DNA from: Candidatus Kaiserbacteria bacterium CG10_big_fil_rev_8_21_14_0_10_47_16
Lineage (GTDB): Bacteria > Patescibacteriota > Minisyncoccia > Phycocordibacterales > UBA918
Direction of reading: 5' to 3'
Length of the DNA: 55,285 bases
Assembly (NCBI GenBank): GCA_002773395.1
Contig: PFBI01000006.1
Location: forward strand, 86,177-141,461
The stretch's first letter is position 1. Each line of letters opens with the position of its first letter. A program made the position numbers and the translations under genes. Below, piece by piece: positions 19,368 through 26,827 of the stretch. Under the pieces are notes generated by a model, which saw only the letters and a program-made list of their open reading frames with translations, did no database searches and was not told the DNA's origin.

Positions 19368-19575
19368 GGCGGTCTCCACGGAGAAGCCTATTGGATAGTC
19401 TCCTGAAGAGACATCTGTACTAATCCCTGCCGAACAACCGGGTCAGAAATTGTTAGACCATTATTTTGAGCGATTTCAAACGCTCGTTTTCGTTCAGAGA
19501 ACGATGTGTTGTGAATAGTATCTTTGTGCATACGTATGTTGCATTAGACATCTCCTGGCCTCCCACGGTAATACC

Positions 19576-19827
19576 TTACGAAGAGGTAACCATTTTTGTA
19601 AGCCACAATAGAATGACAGCACCGAGTACTGAGACTACCAGACTATAGAGGTTGAACCCTGTGATACCTGCGCCTCCAAAGAAGTTGAAGACGAGTCCAC
19701 CGATAAATGCGCCGATTATTCCTACAACAATGTTGAGGAATATACCTTGATTTCCATCTGTGTGCATAACGAGCGACGCGATCCAACCTGCAATACCTCC
19801 AAGAATGACCCATGCTAGAATTCCCAT
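19576..19827 (-). CDS. GlsB/YeaQ/YmgE (transglycosylase-associated) membrane protein
   Basis: GGIAGWIAS, NIVVGIIGAFIGG and VLGAVILL motifs. Confidence 0.92.
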   Translation of the reverse strand: MGILAWVILGGIAGWIASLVMHTDGNQGIFLNIVVGIIGAFIGGLVFNFFGGAGITGFNLYSLVVSVLGAVILLWLTKMVTSS

Positions 19828-20017
19828 AGTAATATAATTGATTATTGATGAGCGACGTATGCACCCTGCATATCGTCACCAACCAAATTTTAATATAATG
19901 ATAATGTCGATCTTCGCTTTATATTATACGGACACTCCATGAAGAAATGATGAAAATTAGCTCGCGGCAACGTACGCAAATTTCATATATATACCAAAAC
20001 AGGTGCTTCTCTACTCT

Positions 20018-20341
20018 TTACGCATCAATCTTTGCAGCGAGAATGAAATCGTTGTTTGAAAGTCCTAGAATAGCGTGCGTTGAGAGATCAATCCGCACGT
20101 TCTTGTAGTCCGTAAGGTGAATGTCAGGATGATGTCCTTCTGATTCAGCGATTTCGCCTACCCTATTCACAAATGCTAATGCTTCCTTAAAATCTGCAAA
20201 GGTATACGAACGACTAATAGTCTTTGTGTCTTCAGAGACACTCCAGTCTGGAATTTGAGTAAGGAGAATATCTGCTTCCACCTTATTAAGCGGAAGTACG
20301 CCACCTTCACACGCTTCACATTTTTGTTGAGTAAGTTCCAT
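20018..20341 (-). CDS. phhB: Pterin-4-alpha-carbinolamine dehydratase
   Basis: CEAC, AESEGHHPDI and STH...GLS.NDFILAAKID motifs. Confidence 0.92.
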   Translation of the reverse strand: MELTQQKCEACEGGVLPLNKVEADILLTQIPDWSVSEDTKTISRSYTFADFKEALAFVNRVGEIAESEGHHPDIHLTDYKNVRIDLSTHAILGLSNNDFILAAKIDA

Positions 20342-20352
20342 AACGTAACCGG

Positions 20353-21300
20353 TTATCGACTCACAACGATCGTACGGCGGATAGTGTCGAAAGCTGCAGT
20401 CAAAGCTGCTGCATCAAACTCAGTTACGGTCCCTTCTGGGTAGTTCTGGAGAACGCCATAGTGTACAAAGTATCGAACAGCCATACACGGATTGATACCA
20501 GGGAGCGCAAAGACTGTTTCCTCATATCGATTCCCTGCGCCTGCACCACTTGATGTTGCTACGGAATACGTTGTATCACCGTCATTAAGAGAGACTGCCG
20601 TATACTCACCATCGAGGAACATGCCCGCGTCACACGTTGTAGCGTCCGGAATCGTTTCAATACTGAAGTAACTGTCTGCAGAAAGGTTGGTTCCCGTCGC
20701 CATTTGCGTTGGAATTGCAAACTTCACTCCGTAAATGCTCGTATCAGGGTTCATTTGGTATACGTACGATTCATCAACGCGGTAATCCGCAGACAATCCT
20801 TCAGATGTTGACGCGACAAGACCAGGGAATCGGAGTGTTACACCGAGACCACCACTGTGGTACACCGCATCGAGATCAGATCCTTCTGATACATCCGCAA
20901 TACGCACACATCCGAGGTATGTGTTCTGTTCGTTGTTTTCAAGTACGATGGCACCGTTGCCTTTTGACCAGAATACAAATGATTCATTTTCATTTGCGTA
21001 CCGTACGCCATCTGCAGAAATAGTTTGATCTAAATCAAATGTCCGTCCATCACTCAACACTACATGTACAGATCCTGTAGGAACTGGCGGCTCACCCGGA
21101 GTTGAGGTTGCGGGCGCGTCACCTTGGTAGAGCGTTGCTGCAATTGTTGCACCTTCGTTACATGCGTATGCAATGTTTACACCAGTCGGAACAGTTGTTG
21201 CATCCTGTGAATCATCAACACCCTGTGACACCATGTAATACCACCAACCTGCGAAGATAATAATGAGTAAGAGGAGACTAAAAAAGACTATTTTTTTCAT
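20353..21300 (-). CDS. Exported protein with MliC (lysozyme inhibitor)-like domain plus a second domain
   Basis: YAC...LDQTISADGVRYAN...FWSKGNGA...C MliC signature; N-terminal TM helix. Confidence 0.8.
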   Translation of the reverse strand: MKKIVFFSLLLLIIIFAGWWYYMVSQGVDDSQDATTVPTGVNIAYACNEGATIAATLYQGDAPATSTPGEPPVPTGSVHVVLSDGRTFDLDQTISADGVRYANENESFVFWSKGNGAIVLENNEQNTYLGCVRIADVSEGSDLDAVYHSGGLGVTLRFPGLVASTSEGLSADYRVDESYVYQMNPDTSIYGVKFAIPTQMATGTNLSADSYFSIETIPDATTCDAGMFLDGEYTAVSLNDGDTTYSVATSSGAGAGNRYEETVFALPGINPCMAVRYFVHYGVLQNYPEGTVTEFDAAALTAAFDTIRRTIVVSR

Positions 21301-21407
21301 ATACACCTAGTATAGCAATATTGGACCAACTCGGACAGCGTGCTCGAAAGTGACAAAATCGTCTATATGCGATATGCTCCAAAACGGACAGAAGGAGGGT
21401 CCTCAGT

Positions 21408-21578
21408 ATGGCGCAGAAATCAATGCGTATGGCAGAAAGGTTCGGCCAAGACTGGGCCGAACAACATCCGACCGACAACAATATTCAAACTCGGCCGGCG
21501 TACGACCGCACGCAGAAGTGGCAACGCGAGCCGCAGAAGAAGCCGAAGGATTTCCGGAAGGGATCCACCGACGAATAA
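21408..21578 (+). CDS. Small hydrophilic protein (56 aa, MAQKSMRMAERFGQDW...), absent from the ORF track
   Basis: GTGACA-N17-TATGCT promoter (21350-21378), AGGAGG SD, terminator at 21603. Confidence 0.65.
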   Translation: MAQKSMRMAERFGQDWAEQHPTDNNIQTRPAYDRTQKWQREPQKKPKDFRKGSTDE

Positions 21579-21602
21579 GTTCCTAAATTTGAAGGTTTTC
21601 AC

Positions 21603-21638
21603 GGGCCGCAAGCGAATGCTTGCGGCCCAGTTGTTTTT
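21603..21638 (+). terminator. Intrinsic terminator
   Basis: GGGCCGCAAGC-GAAT-GCTTGCGGCCC followed by AGTTGTTTTT. Confidence 0.8.
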
Positions 21639-21744
21639 AAGCCATATTTTCATAGTTATCCACACCTCCCTACTCTTGACTTGACAATATTTTAATATAT
21701 GCGATAATATCCGCAGGTTCAACAACAACACATAGGGGGCTTTC

Positions 21745-22326
21745 ATGCGCCGCTACATCGTTCTTCTCATCACCTATCTTTCTTTCCACACCTTCACCAC
21801 AGCGGCGCAGGCACAAGAATTGGTTGTAGCGTCTCTCGACACTACAACCTCCGCTGAGGCAACCAGCCTCAACACTTCTTCCCTTTTCCTCGCACACAGC
21901 GAGGCAGCCGCCACAGACAACCACAAACCAATCATCGAGTGGATCTTGGTCCGTGGTGGATCAGATCCAGACGAGGTCAAGCGCCTCACCGAGCTTCGGC
22001 TCGCGTACGGTGTCCTCGACACCACCATTTCGGAGGCGGTCGCCGAGACCGCCAGCGAAGACGCCTACGCCTACCGGCCACGCGCCGTCGCTGGCAAACA
22101 CTTCAATCCGGATCCCGATCCGGATTGGAAAAACTTTTGGAATCCCGGAATGAGAGGCAATATCGAGGGCAAGGAAACTGCCGTGCAATGGTCTCTCGAG
22201 CTCGACGAAATCGAACGCGCCGACCTAGATACCAAGGAATACGACGGCAATCCGTTCAAGTGGAATGCCGGACTGTTCCTCACCTTCGGCAAGAAATACA
22301 GAGAAGCGGTGACGCGTCTCTACTAA
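21745..22326 (+). CDS. Secreted hypothetical protein
   Basis: Signal peptide ending AQA; TTGACA-N16-GATAAT promoter; AGGGGG SD; GC-rich codons. Confidence 0.7.
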   Translation: MRRYIVLLITYLSFHTFTTAAQAQELVVASLDTTTSAEATSLNTSSLFLAHSEAAATDNHKPIIEWILVRGGSDPDEVKRLTELRLAYGVLDTTISEAVAETASEDAYAYRPRAVAGKHFNPDPDPDWKNFWNPGMRGNIEGKETAVQWSLELDEIERADLDTKEYDGNPFKWNAGLFLTFGKKYREAVTRLY

Positions 22327-22385
22327 GAAACCCGCCTACCGGCAAAAGAAAAGATTAAGATGAGTTCCCAGTTCACGACGAACTA

Positions 22386-22419
22386 GCCCGAGTGTCATAC
22401 CAGACACTTCGGGCTTTTT
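22386..22419 (+). terminator. Intrinsic terminator
   Basis: AGCCCGAGTGTC...GACACTTCGGGCT followed by TTTT. Confidence 0.75.
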
Positions 22420-22432
22420 CTATGCCAAAATT

Positions 22433-22741
22433 TTATATAAGGATATCAATAGTGAAGGTCACCTCATCATCTTCATAAATATCTTCTGCTTTGCGCACTT
22501 TTACTTTGAGTGGGAGCAGATACGTGCCTGAACGTGAGTCCGGAAATATTGAAGTCTTCCACGATGTCTTCCCGAGTTTCACCATAACGGGCAGTGATCC
22601 AAATCCTCGACGATTCTTTCCATACAGCTCGGTGATTTCACTTGCCAGCTTCTTATCAATCCCCGCAAAATGCCACGCGGCCATATCCCCCGGCCACAGC
22701 CACACCTTTGAAGTAATAGTGAATTTCTTCTTCCGTTTCAT
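22433..22741 (-). CDS. DUF1905 domain protein
   Basis: AWHF, RGFGSLPV, WKTSIFP and YLLPLK..VRK motifs. Confidence 0.88.
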   Translation of the reverse strand: MKRKKKFTITSKVWLWPGDMAAWHFAGIDKKLASEITELYGKNRRGFGSLPVMVKLGKTSWKTSIFPDSRSGTYLLPLKVKVRKAEDIYEDDEVTFTIDILI

Positions 22742-22835
22742 ACGATAGAGATATTCTAACAGACCCCCAAATCGAGTGCTGAAAAATAGAAATAAATATG
22801 CTACTGTACTAATCGCGCCACGGCGCTTCCTATAT

Positions 22836-22959
22836 TGCCGGTTCGTCTAATGGTAAGCAAAGCTTCCTGTCATCGCTCGCTCGGTCATGGGAGAGTCCAA
22901 CTCTCCCGCGACGCTCGCTTGCTCGACAGTAGGACTCCTCGCCCTCCCATTAGACGAAC
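22836..22959 (+). repeat. Interrupted 5' copy of tRNA-Gln with a 74-nt structured insert and an antisense segment
   Basis: TGCCGGTTCGTCTAATGGTA, insert, TAGGACTC; then CCATTAGACGAAC, the reverse complement of GTTCGTCTAATGG. Confidence 0.8.
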
Positions 22960-22989
22960 AAGCATAGAGAAAATATATAGGGATTACAT

Positions 22990-23060
22990 TGCCGGTTCGT
23001 CTAATGGTAGGACTCTGGTTTCTGGTACCAGCTATTGGGGTTCGAGTCCCTGACCGGCAG
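22990..23060 (+). tRNA. tRNA-Gln(CTG)
   Basis: TGCCGGT/ACCGGCA acceptor; CTGGT-TTCTGGT-ACCAG anticodon arm; TTCGAG T-loop; CCA not encoded. Confidence 0.92.
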
Positions 23061-23240
23061 CTACAACAAAAATGCACAGCTTCTGCTGTGCATTTTTGTT
23101 GTTATAGCTGCCGGTCAGGGACGAGAAAGGCGGAAGAAAACAGTCCAGTGGACTGTTTTCTGAGCCGGGGTCGAGAACACTTAGTAGATTATGAGCAAGC
23201 GATATAATTACTTAGTGATTCGTGACCGAGTCCCTGACCG
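23047..23240 (+). repeat. Long inverted repeat including the tRNA-Gln 3' end, a REP-like palindrome and a third tRNA 3' copy
   Basis: 34-bp arms at 23047-23080 and 23085-23121 (3-nt bulge); AGAAAACAGTCCA-G-TGGACTGTTTTCT at 23135-23161; CGAGTCCCTGACCG at 23227-23240. Confidence 0.8.
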
Positions 23241-23337
23241 ACAACCTGTACTGAAGCTGTGAGAATCGAGTCCTTATAAAAACCGACAAAAGAACTTTAC
23301 TTAATGAAATATTCATTATATAAGTCTTAGAAGACCC

Positions 23338-24021
23338 ATGAGACGAAAATACCACCGCAGGCTCAAACGACGTAAACATTCCAATGCTTCAATCAGTGGA
23401 ATTTTTCTTGCGATCCTCACGCTTATGGCAATTGTAGCAAGTGCTGAATCCATTAAACTCCCTAACCTACATCTTGATATTGGTTATTACCTTCTTGTCG
23501 CCCTCATTGCGCTCCTACTATTCTCTATTTCATGGCGCACTATTATGCGTGTGTTCCGCTTTATAAAAAAAGAACAGAAACGTACCCACGATAAAAAACG
23601 CTTCGAGGGATTTAAAACTGTTGCGCAAGTTCAAAACATGAATCCTTTTGAATTTGAAAAATTTGTTGCTTATATCCTCGAAAAAAGTGAGGGGTTGACT
23701 CGGATAAAGGTGACGAATCCTAGTAATGATGGTGGTATCGATATCGAGGCATATGACAAAGATAAAAAAATTCTTATCCAAGTAAAGCGGTATAAGAGAG
23801 GTAATAATGTCGGTCGGCCTGCACTTCAACAACTCGTCGGGGCATACCACCATCAAGCAAGTGAAGGGTGGTGTATCACCACGAGCGATTACACAATGGG
23901 CGGAAGAATGTATGCTGACACACAACCCTCACTTCGTCTTATTGATGGAGGGGAATTCGGTCAGATCATGGAAAAGATTTTTGAAGGAGAATTAGATACA
24001 CATTTCTTTAAAGGTACCTGA
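23338..24021 (+). CDS. Membrane-anchored Mrr-like restriction endonuclease domain protein
   Basis: Two TM helices; FEFEKFVA, DGGID, IQVKRY, ITTS.YT and LIDG motifs. Confidence 0.88.
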   Translation: MRRKYHRRLKRRKHSNASISGIFLAILTLMAIVASAESIKLPNLHLDIGYYLLVALIALLLFSISWRTIMRVFRFIKKEQKRTHDKKRFEGFKTVAQVQNMNPFEFEKFVAYILEKSEGLTRIKVTNPSNDGGIDIEAYDKDKKILIQVKRYKRGNNVGRPALQQLVGAYHHQASEGWCITTSDYTMGGRMYADTQPSLRLIDGGEFGQIMEKIFEGELDTHFFKGT

Positions 24022-24080
24022 ACAACCATTCAAATAAATAGAGACAGAAAGACAAAAATCCCACATGCTAAAATATACGT

Positions 24081-24542
24081 ATGAAAAAATGGTATATCGC
24101 TGTGGGTGTCATCATACTTCTTATTATTGCACTCGGTTACTACGCAATCTCTCCCCTCTTTAGAAATATAAAAGTGGATGACGCATTACCTCCAACCAAT
24201 ATCGGTCAAGAATCGGAATCTTCCCCGACAGCCACCGTTACCGGAACTGCAGGACACCCTGCATCAGGCACCGTGAGGATTATTGAGGCTGAGGGAGCGT
24301 CATACCTACGATACGAAAATTTTAAAACAATCAATGGACCCGATATTTACGTATACCTTGCAAAAGATCTTGATGCAAAAGAATTTATCAATATTGGTAA
24401 AGTAAAAGCTACCGAGGGAAATATCAATTACGAGATTCCTGAGGGTGTGAACCTTGATGAGTATCACTATGTACTTACGTGGTGCAAGACGTTTGGAGTC
24501 CTCTTTAATTCTGCTGACCTCACCGGCATCGAAACCGAATAA
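24081..24542 (+). CDS. DM13 domain protein
   Basis: H.ASG, F...NGPD.YVYL, GNINY.IP and WC..FGV.F..A.L motifs. Confidence 0.88.
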   Translation: MKKWYIAVGVIILLIIALGYYAISPLFRNIKVDDALPPTNIGQESESSPTATVTGTAGHPASGTVRIIEAEGASYLRYENFKTINGPDIYVYLAKDLDAKEFINIGKVKATEGNINYEIPEGVNLDEYHYVLTWCKTFGVLFNSADLTGIETE

Positions 24543-24577
24543 ACAAAGAGAGCCGTCGATCGAGGTGATCGCGGCTC
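24541..24577 (-). terminator. Terminator of the two-ORF unit
   Basis: GAGCCG..GATC/GATC..CGGCTC stem with a T-rich tail on the minus strand. Confidence 0.55.
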
Positions 24578-24598
24578 CGTTGGTTGAAAGGGCGAAGG

Positions 24599-24814
24599 TC
24601 ATTTGTCCTCCGTAACGAGTTTTGTAACTATAACAGAGAGGCACTTACCATATTTCCTTGCGTCGAGATTAAGAGTCTCTTCACAAACAGTTTCTTTTGC
24701 CTCTCTAATGGCATCCGCTTGGGTTTTGGCAGTTACCACAATGGTACCTTTTCGGCCAAAGTTACCACCGTGGTTACCGCCGCCAAACTCCCATACACAG
24801 TAGAATTGTTGCAT
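24599..24814 (-). CDS. Small hypothetical protein (71 aa, MQQFYCVWEF...)
   Basis: Starts 7 nt after the upstream ORF stop; shares a V.A.T...A..EAK motif with its neighbour. Confidence 0.6.
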   Translation of the reverse strand: MQQFYCVWEFGGGNHGGNFGRKGTIVVTAKTQADAIREAKETVCEETLNLDARKYGKCLSVIVTKLVTEDK

Positions 24815-24821
24815 CCCTCGG

Positions 24822-25070
24822 TCACCCTTTTTTGACAGACTTGGTGACCATGAAGTACCTCCTGTGAAGGTCGTTGCCAAAGACCTCAGTGGCAGCAAGC
24901 CTCTTGGCCTCCTGTTCTGCTGAAGTTCGGTTGCTGGCAACGACAGTGACGGTTTCTTCCGTGCCCATCTTCTCGTTGTGGGTGTGCGTGTATTTGCACG
25001 TAATCTCCCACAAATGCTGATTGGCAGGAAGGGGCTGATTGTCTTGTTCGGGCGCAGGAACAATGTGCAT
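24822..25070 (-). CDS. Small hypothetical protein (82 aa)
   Basis: AAGGAG SD 6 nt before ATG; putative promoter at about 25106-25135. Confidence 0.65.
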   Translation of the reverse strand: MHIVPAPEQDNQPLPANQHLWEITCKYTHTHNEKMGTEETVTVVASNRTSAEQEAKRLAATEVFGNDLHRRYFMVTKSVKKG

Positions 25071-25195
25071 CTAACTCTCCTTATATAGGATTACGTTCCA
25101 ACCCGAATATAACCATGGAATTGGGTAAAAGTCCATAGTTTCAGTCATAGAAGTGTTATACTTCTATGTATAGTAGACTTAACATCTCATATTCT

Positions 25196-25585
25196 ATGAA
25201 GAGCGACGACGAATTAAAGAATGAAAATCCTGAGCTCTACCGTGTCGCGCGTGAAAGCGGCACCGAAGCGCCATTTAAAGGTAAATACGTAGACGAGAAA
25301 GCTGACGGCATGTACCACTGCGCCGTGTGCAACGCTTCCCTCTTTTCTTCTGATACTAAGTTTGAAAGCAACTCTGGCTGGCCATCATTTACTGATCCTG
25401 CAAATCGCGAAGCGGTCACACTTCACGAAGATACAAGCGGTGGCATGAGTCGTGTAGAAGTACGCTGCAAAAACTGCGGTGCGCACCTAGGTCACGTCTT
25501 TTCTGATGGACCTGAGAAAGATGGTAAGACGTGCGATCGTTTCTGTATTAACAGCGTCTCGCTCGAACTAAAACCAAAAGTGTAA
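25196..25585 (+). CDS. msrB: Peptide-methionine (R)-S-oxide reductase
   Basis: GTEAPF, CAVC, SGWPSF, HLGHVF.DGP and RFCINS motifs. Confidence 0.96.
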   Translation: MKSDDELKNENPELYRVARESGTEAPFKGKYVDEKADGMYHCAVCNASLFSSDTKFESNSGWPSFTDPANREAVTLHEDTSGGMSRVEVRCKNCGAHLGHVFSDGPEKDGKTCDRFCINSVSLELKPKV

Positions 25586-25587
25586 CT

Positions 25588-25668
25588 ATGACAAAAAAGG
25601 CATACATAGCAGGGGGATGTTTCTGGGGTGAGAAGCGAACACTTGGAGCTTCGCAAGACCTTGCCTGA
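25588..25668 (+). pseudogene. Duplicated msrA 5' fragment ([14 protein letters not shown] plus unrelated tail)
   Basis: First 42 nt match 25752-25793 at 37/42, mostly synonymous differences; stop at 25666-25668. Confidence 0.85.
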
Positions 25669-25751
25669 TATTTTAGAAGGCGGAAGCCGAACTAAAATAT
25701 CGACAAGGTGTACAGCTCCTGTAGGGAGTAAGGGATAATAATATTTTCACT

Positions 25752-26243
25752 ATGATAAAAAAGGCATATATAGCGGGAGGATGTTTCTGGGGGTTGGAAG
25801 ACCTCATCCGTGACCTCCCCGGAGTCACCGCAACCGAAGCTGGGTACACCGGTGGAACAAATGAGAACCCGACGTACGAGAACCATCCTGGGCACGCAGA
25901 AGCGCTCGAGGTTGCATACGATTCTGAAAAGACATCGTACAAACAGATTCTTGATTTCTTCTTTCAAATTCATAATCCCACCACACTCAACCAGCAAGGG
26001 AATGATGTTGGTACTTCGTATCGATCAGCAATCTTTTTCCAAGATGAGGCAGAGAAAAAGATTGCTGAAGAAATGATTGAGATTGTAAATGAGTCTGGCC
26101 GGTGGCAGGACCCTGTTGTGACAACCTTGGAGCCATTTACTCGCTTCTGGCCCGCAGAAGACTACCATCAGGATTATTTACAAAAGAATCCTGATGGATA
26201 CACCTGTCACTCAATCTATTTCGATAGCTACCTGAAAGAGTAA
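25752..26243 (+). CDS. msrA: Peptide-methionine (S)-S-oxide reductase
   Basis: GGCFWG, GYTGG, GHAE, QGND.GT.YRS and AEDYHQDYL motifs. Confidence 0.96.
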   Translation: MIKKAYIAGGCFWGLEDLIRDLPGVTATEAGYTGGTNENPTYENHPGHAEALEVAYDSEKTSYKQILDFFFQIHNPTTLNQQGNDVGTSYRSAIFFQDEAEKKIAEEMIEIVNESGRWQDPVVTTLEPFTRFWPAEDYHQDYLQKNPDGYTCHSIYFDSYLKE

Positions 26244-26325
26244 TATACCTGTGTAAAGCCAGCTTTACATTTATCGACCTCCTTCCTATACTGTATGTAT
26301 TGAAAGGAGGTTAATTTAATTTAAT

Positions 26326-26826
26326 ATGAATACAACACAGACAGTGATCCTTATTATCGTTCTCATTGTTATCGGTATTAGCAGTTATGCATTTCTTAAA
26401 AATGACAGTAACGATGCAATGATGGATGACGGTACGATGATGCAAGACGACAGTACGATGGAAGATACCAGCATGAAAGATGACACGGTGATGGAGGGAG
26501 ACGCTATAATGAGTGATCATGGTTCATACGAAGCATACAGTCCGGAAAAGCTCGCAAAAGCTGATAACGGTGATGTGATTCTCTTTTTCCGCGCATCGTG
26601 GTGTCCAACATGTCGAGCGCTAGATGCTGATATTAAATCTCACCGGAGTGACATCCCAGCAGGCGTAACGATCCTCGATGTTGATTACGATAATTCCACC
26701 GCACTCAAACAAAAGTACGGCGTTACGTACCAACACACGCTCGTACAGGTAGACGCACAAGGTAATATGATTACAAAGTGGAGTAGTTCACCAACACTTA
26801 CTTCCCTCCTCACCAACGTAATCTAG
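26326..26826 (+). CDS. Membrane-anchored thioredoxin-family protein with Met/Asp-rich linker
   Basis: WCPTC active site, YGVTYQHT; repeated M..DD segments after the TM helix. Confidence 0.88.
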   Translation: MNTTQTVILIIVLIVIGISSYAFLKNDSNDAMMDDGTMMQDDSTMEDTSMKDDTVMEGDAIMSDHGSYEAYSPEKLAKADNGDVILFFRASWCPTCRALDADIKSHRSDIPAGVTILDVDYDNSTALKQKYGVTYQHTLVQVDAQGNMITKWSSSPTLTSLLTNVI

Positions 26827-26827
26827 T

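Noticed and set aside
19453-19551. 32-aa minus-strand ORF (MSNATYVC...) with GGAGG upstream
   Set aside because: No recognisable features; it cannot be separated from a chance ORF in a structured intergenic region
21656-21710. oriC at the perfect DnaA box with an AT-rich tract
   Set aside because: Single box, no cluster and no adjacent dnaA; the AT tract is a promoter spacer
25630-25751. Group I intron in msrA
   Set aside because: Too short, no recognisable P7 core, and the downstream sequence repeats the 5' exon instead of continuing it
26413-26520. Short tandem-like repeats as a possible CRISPR or VNTR
   Set aside because: Degenerate in-frame Met/Asp codon repeats within the thioredoxin linker; no repeat-spacer structure
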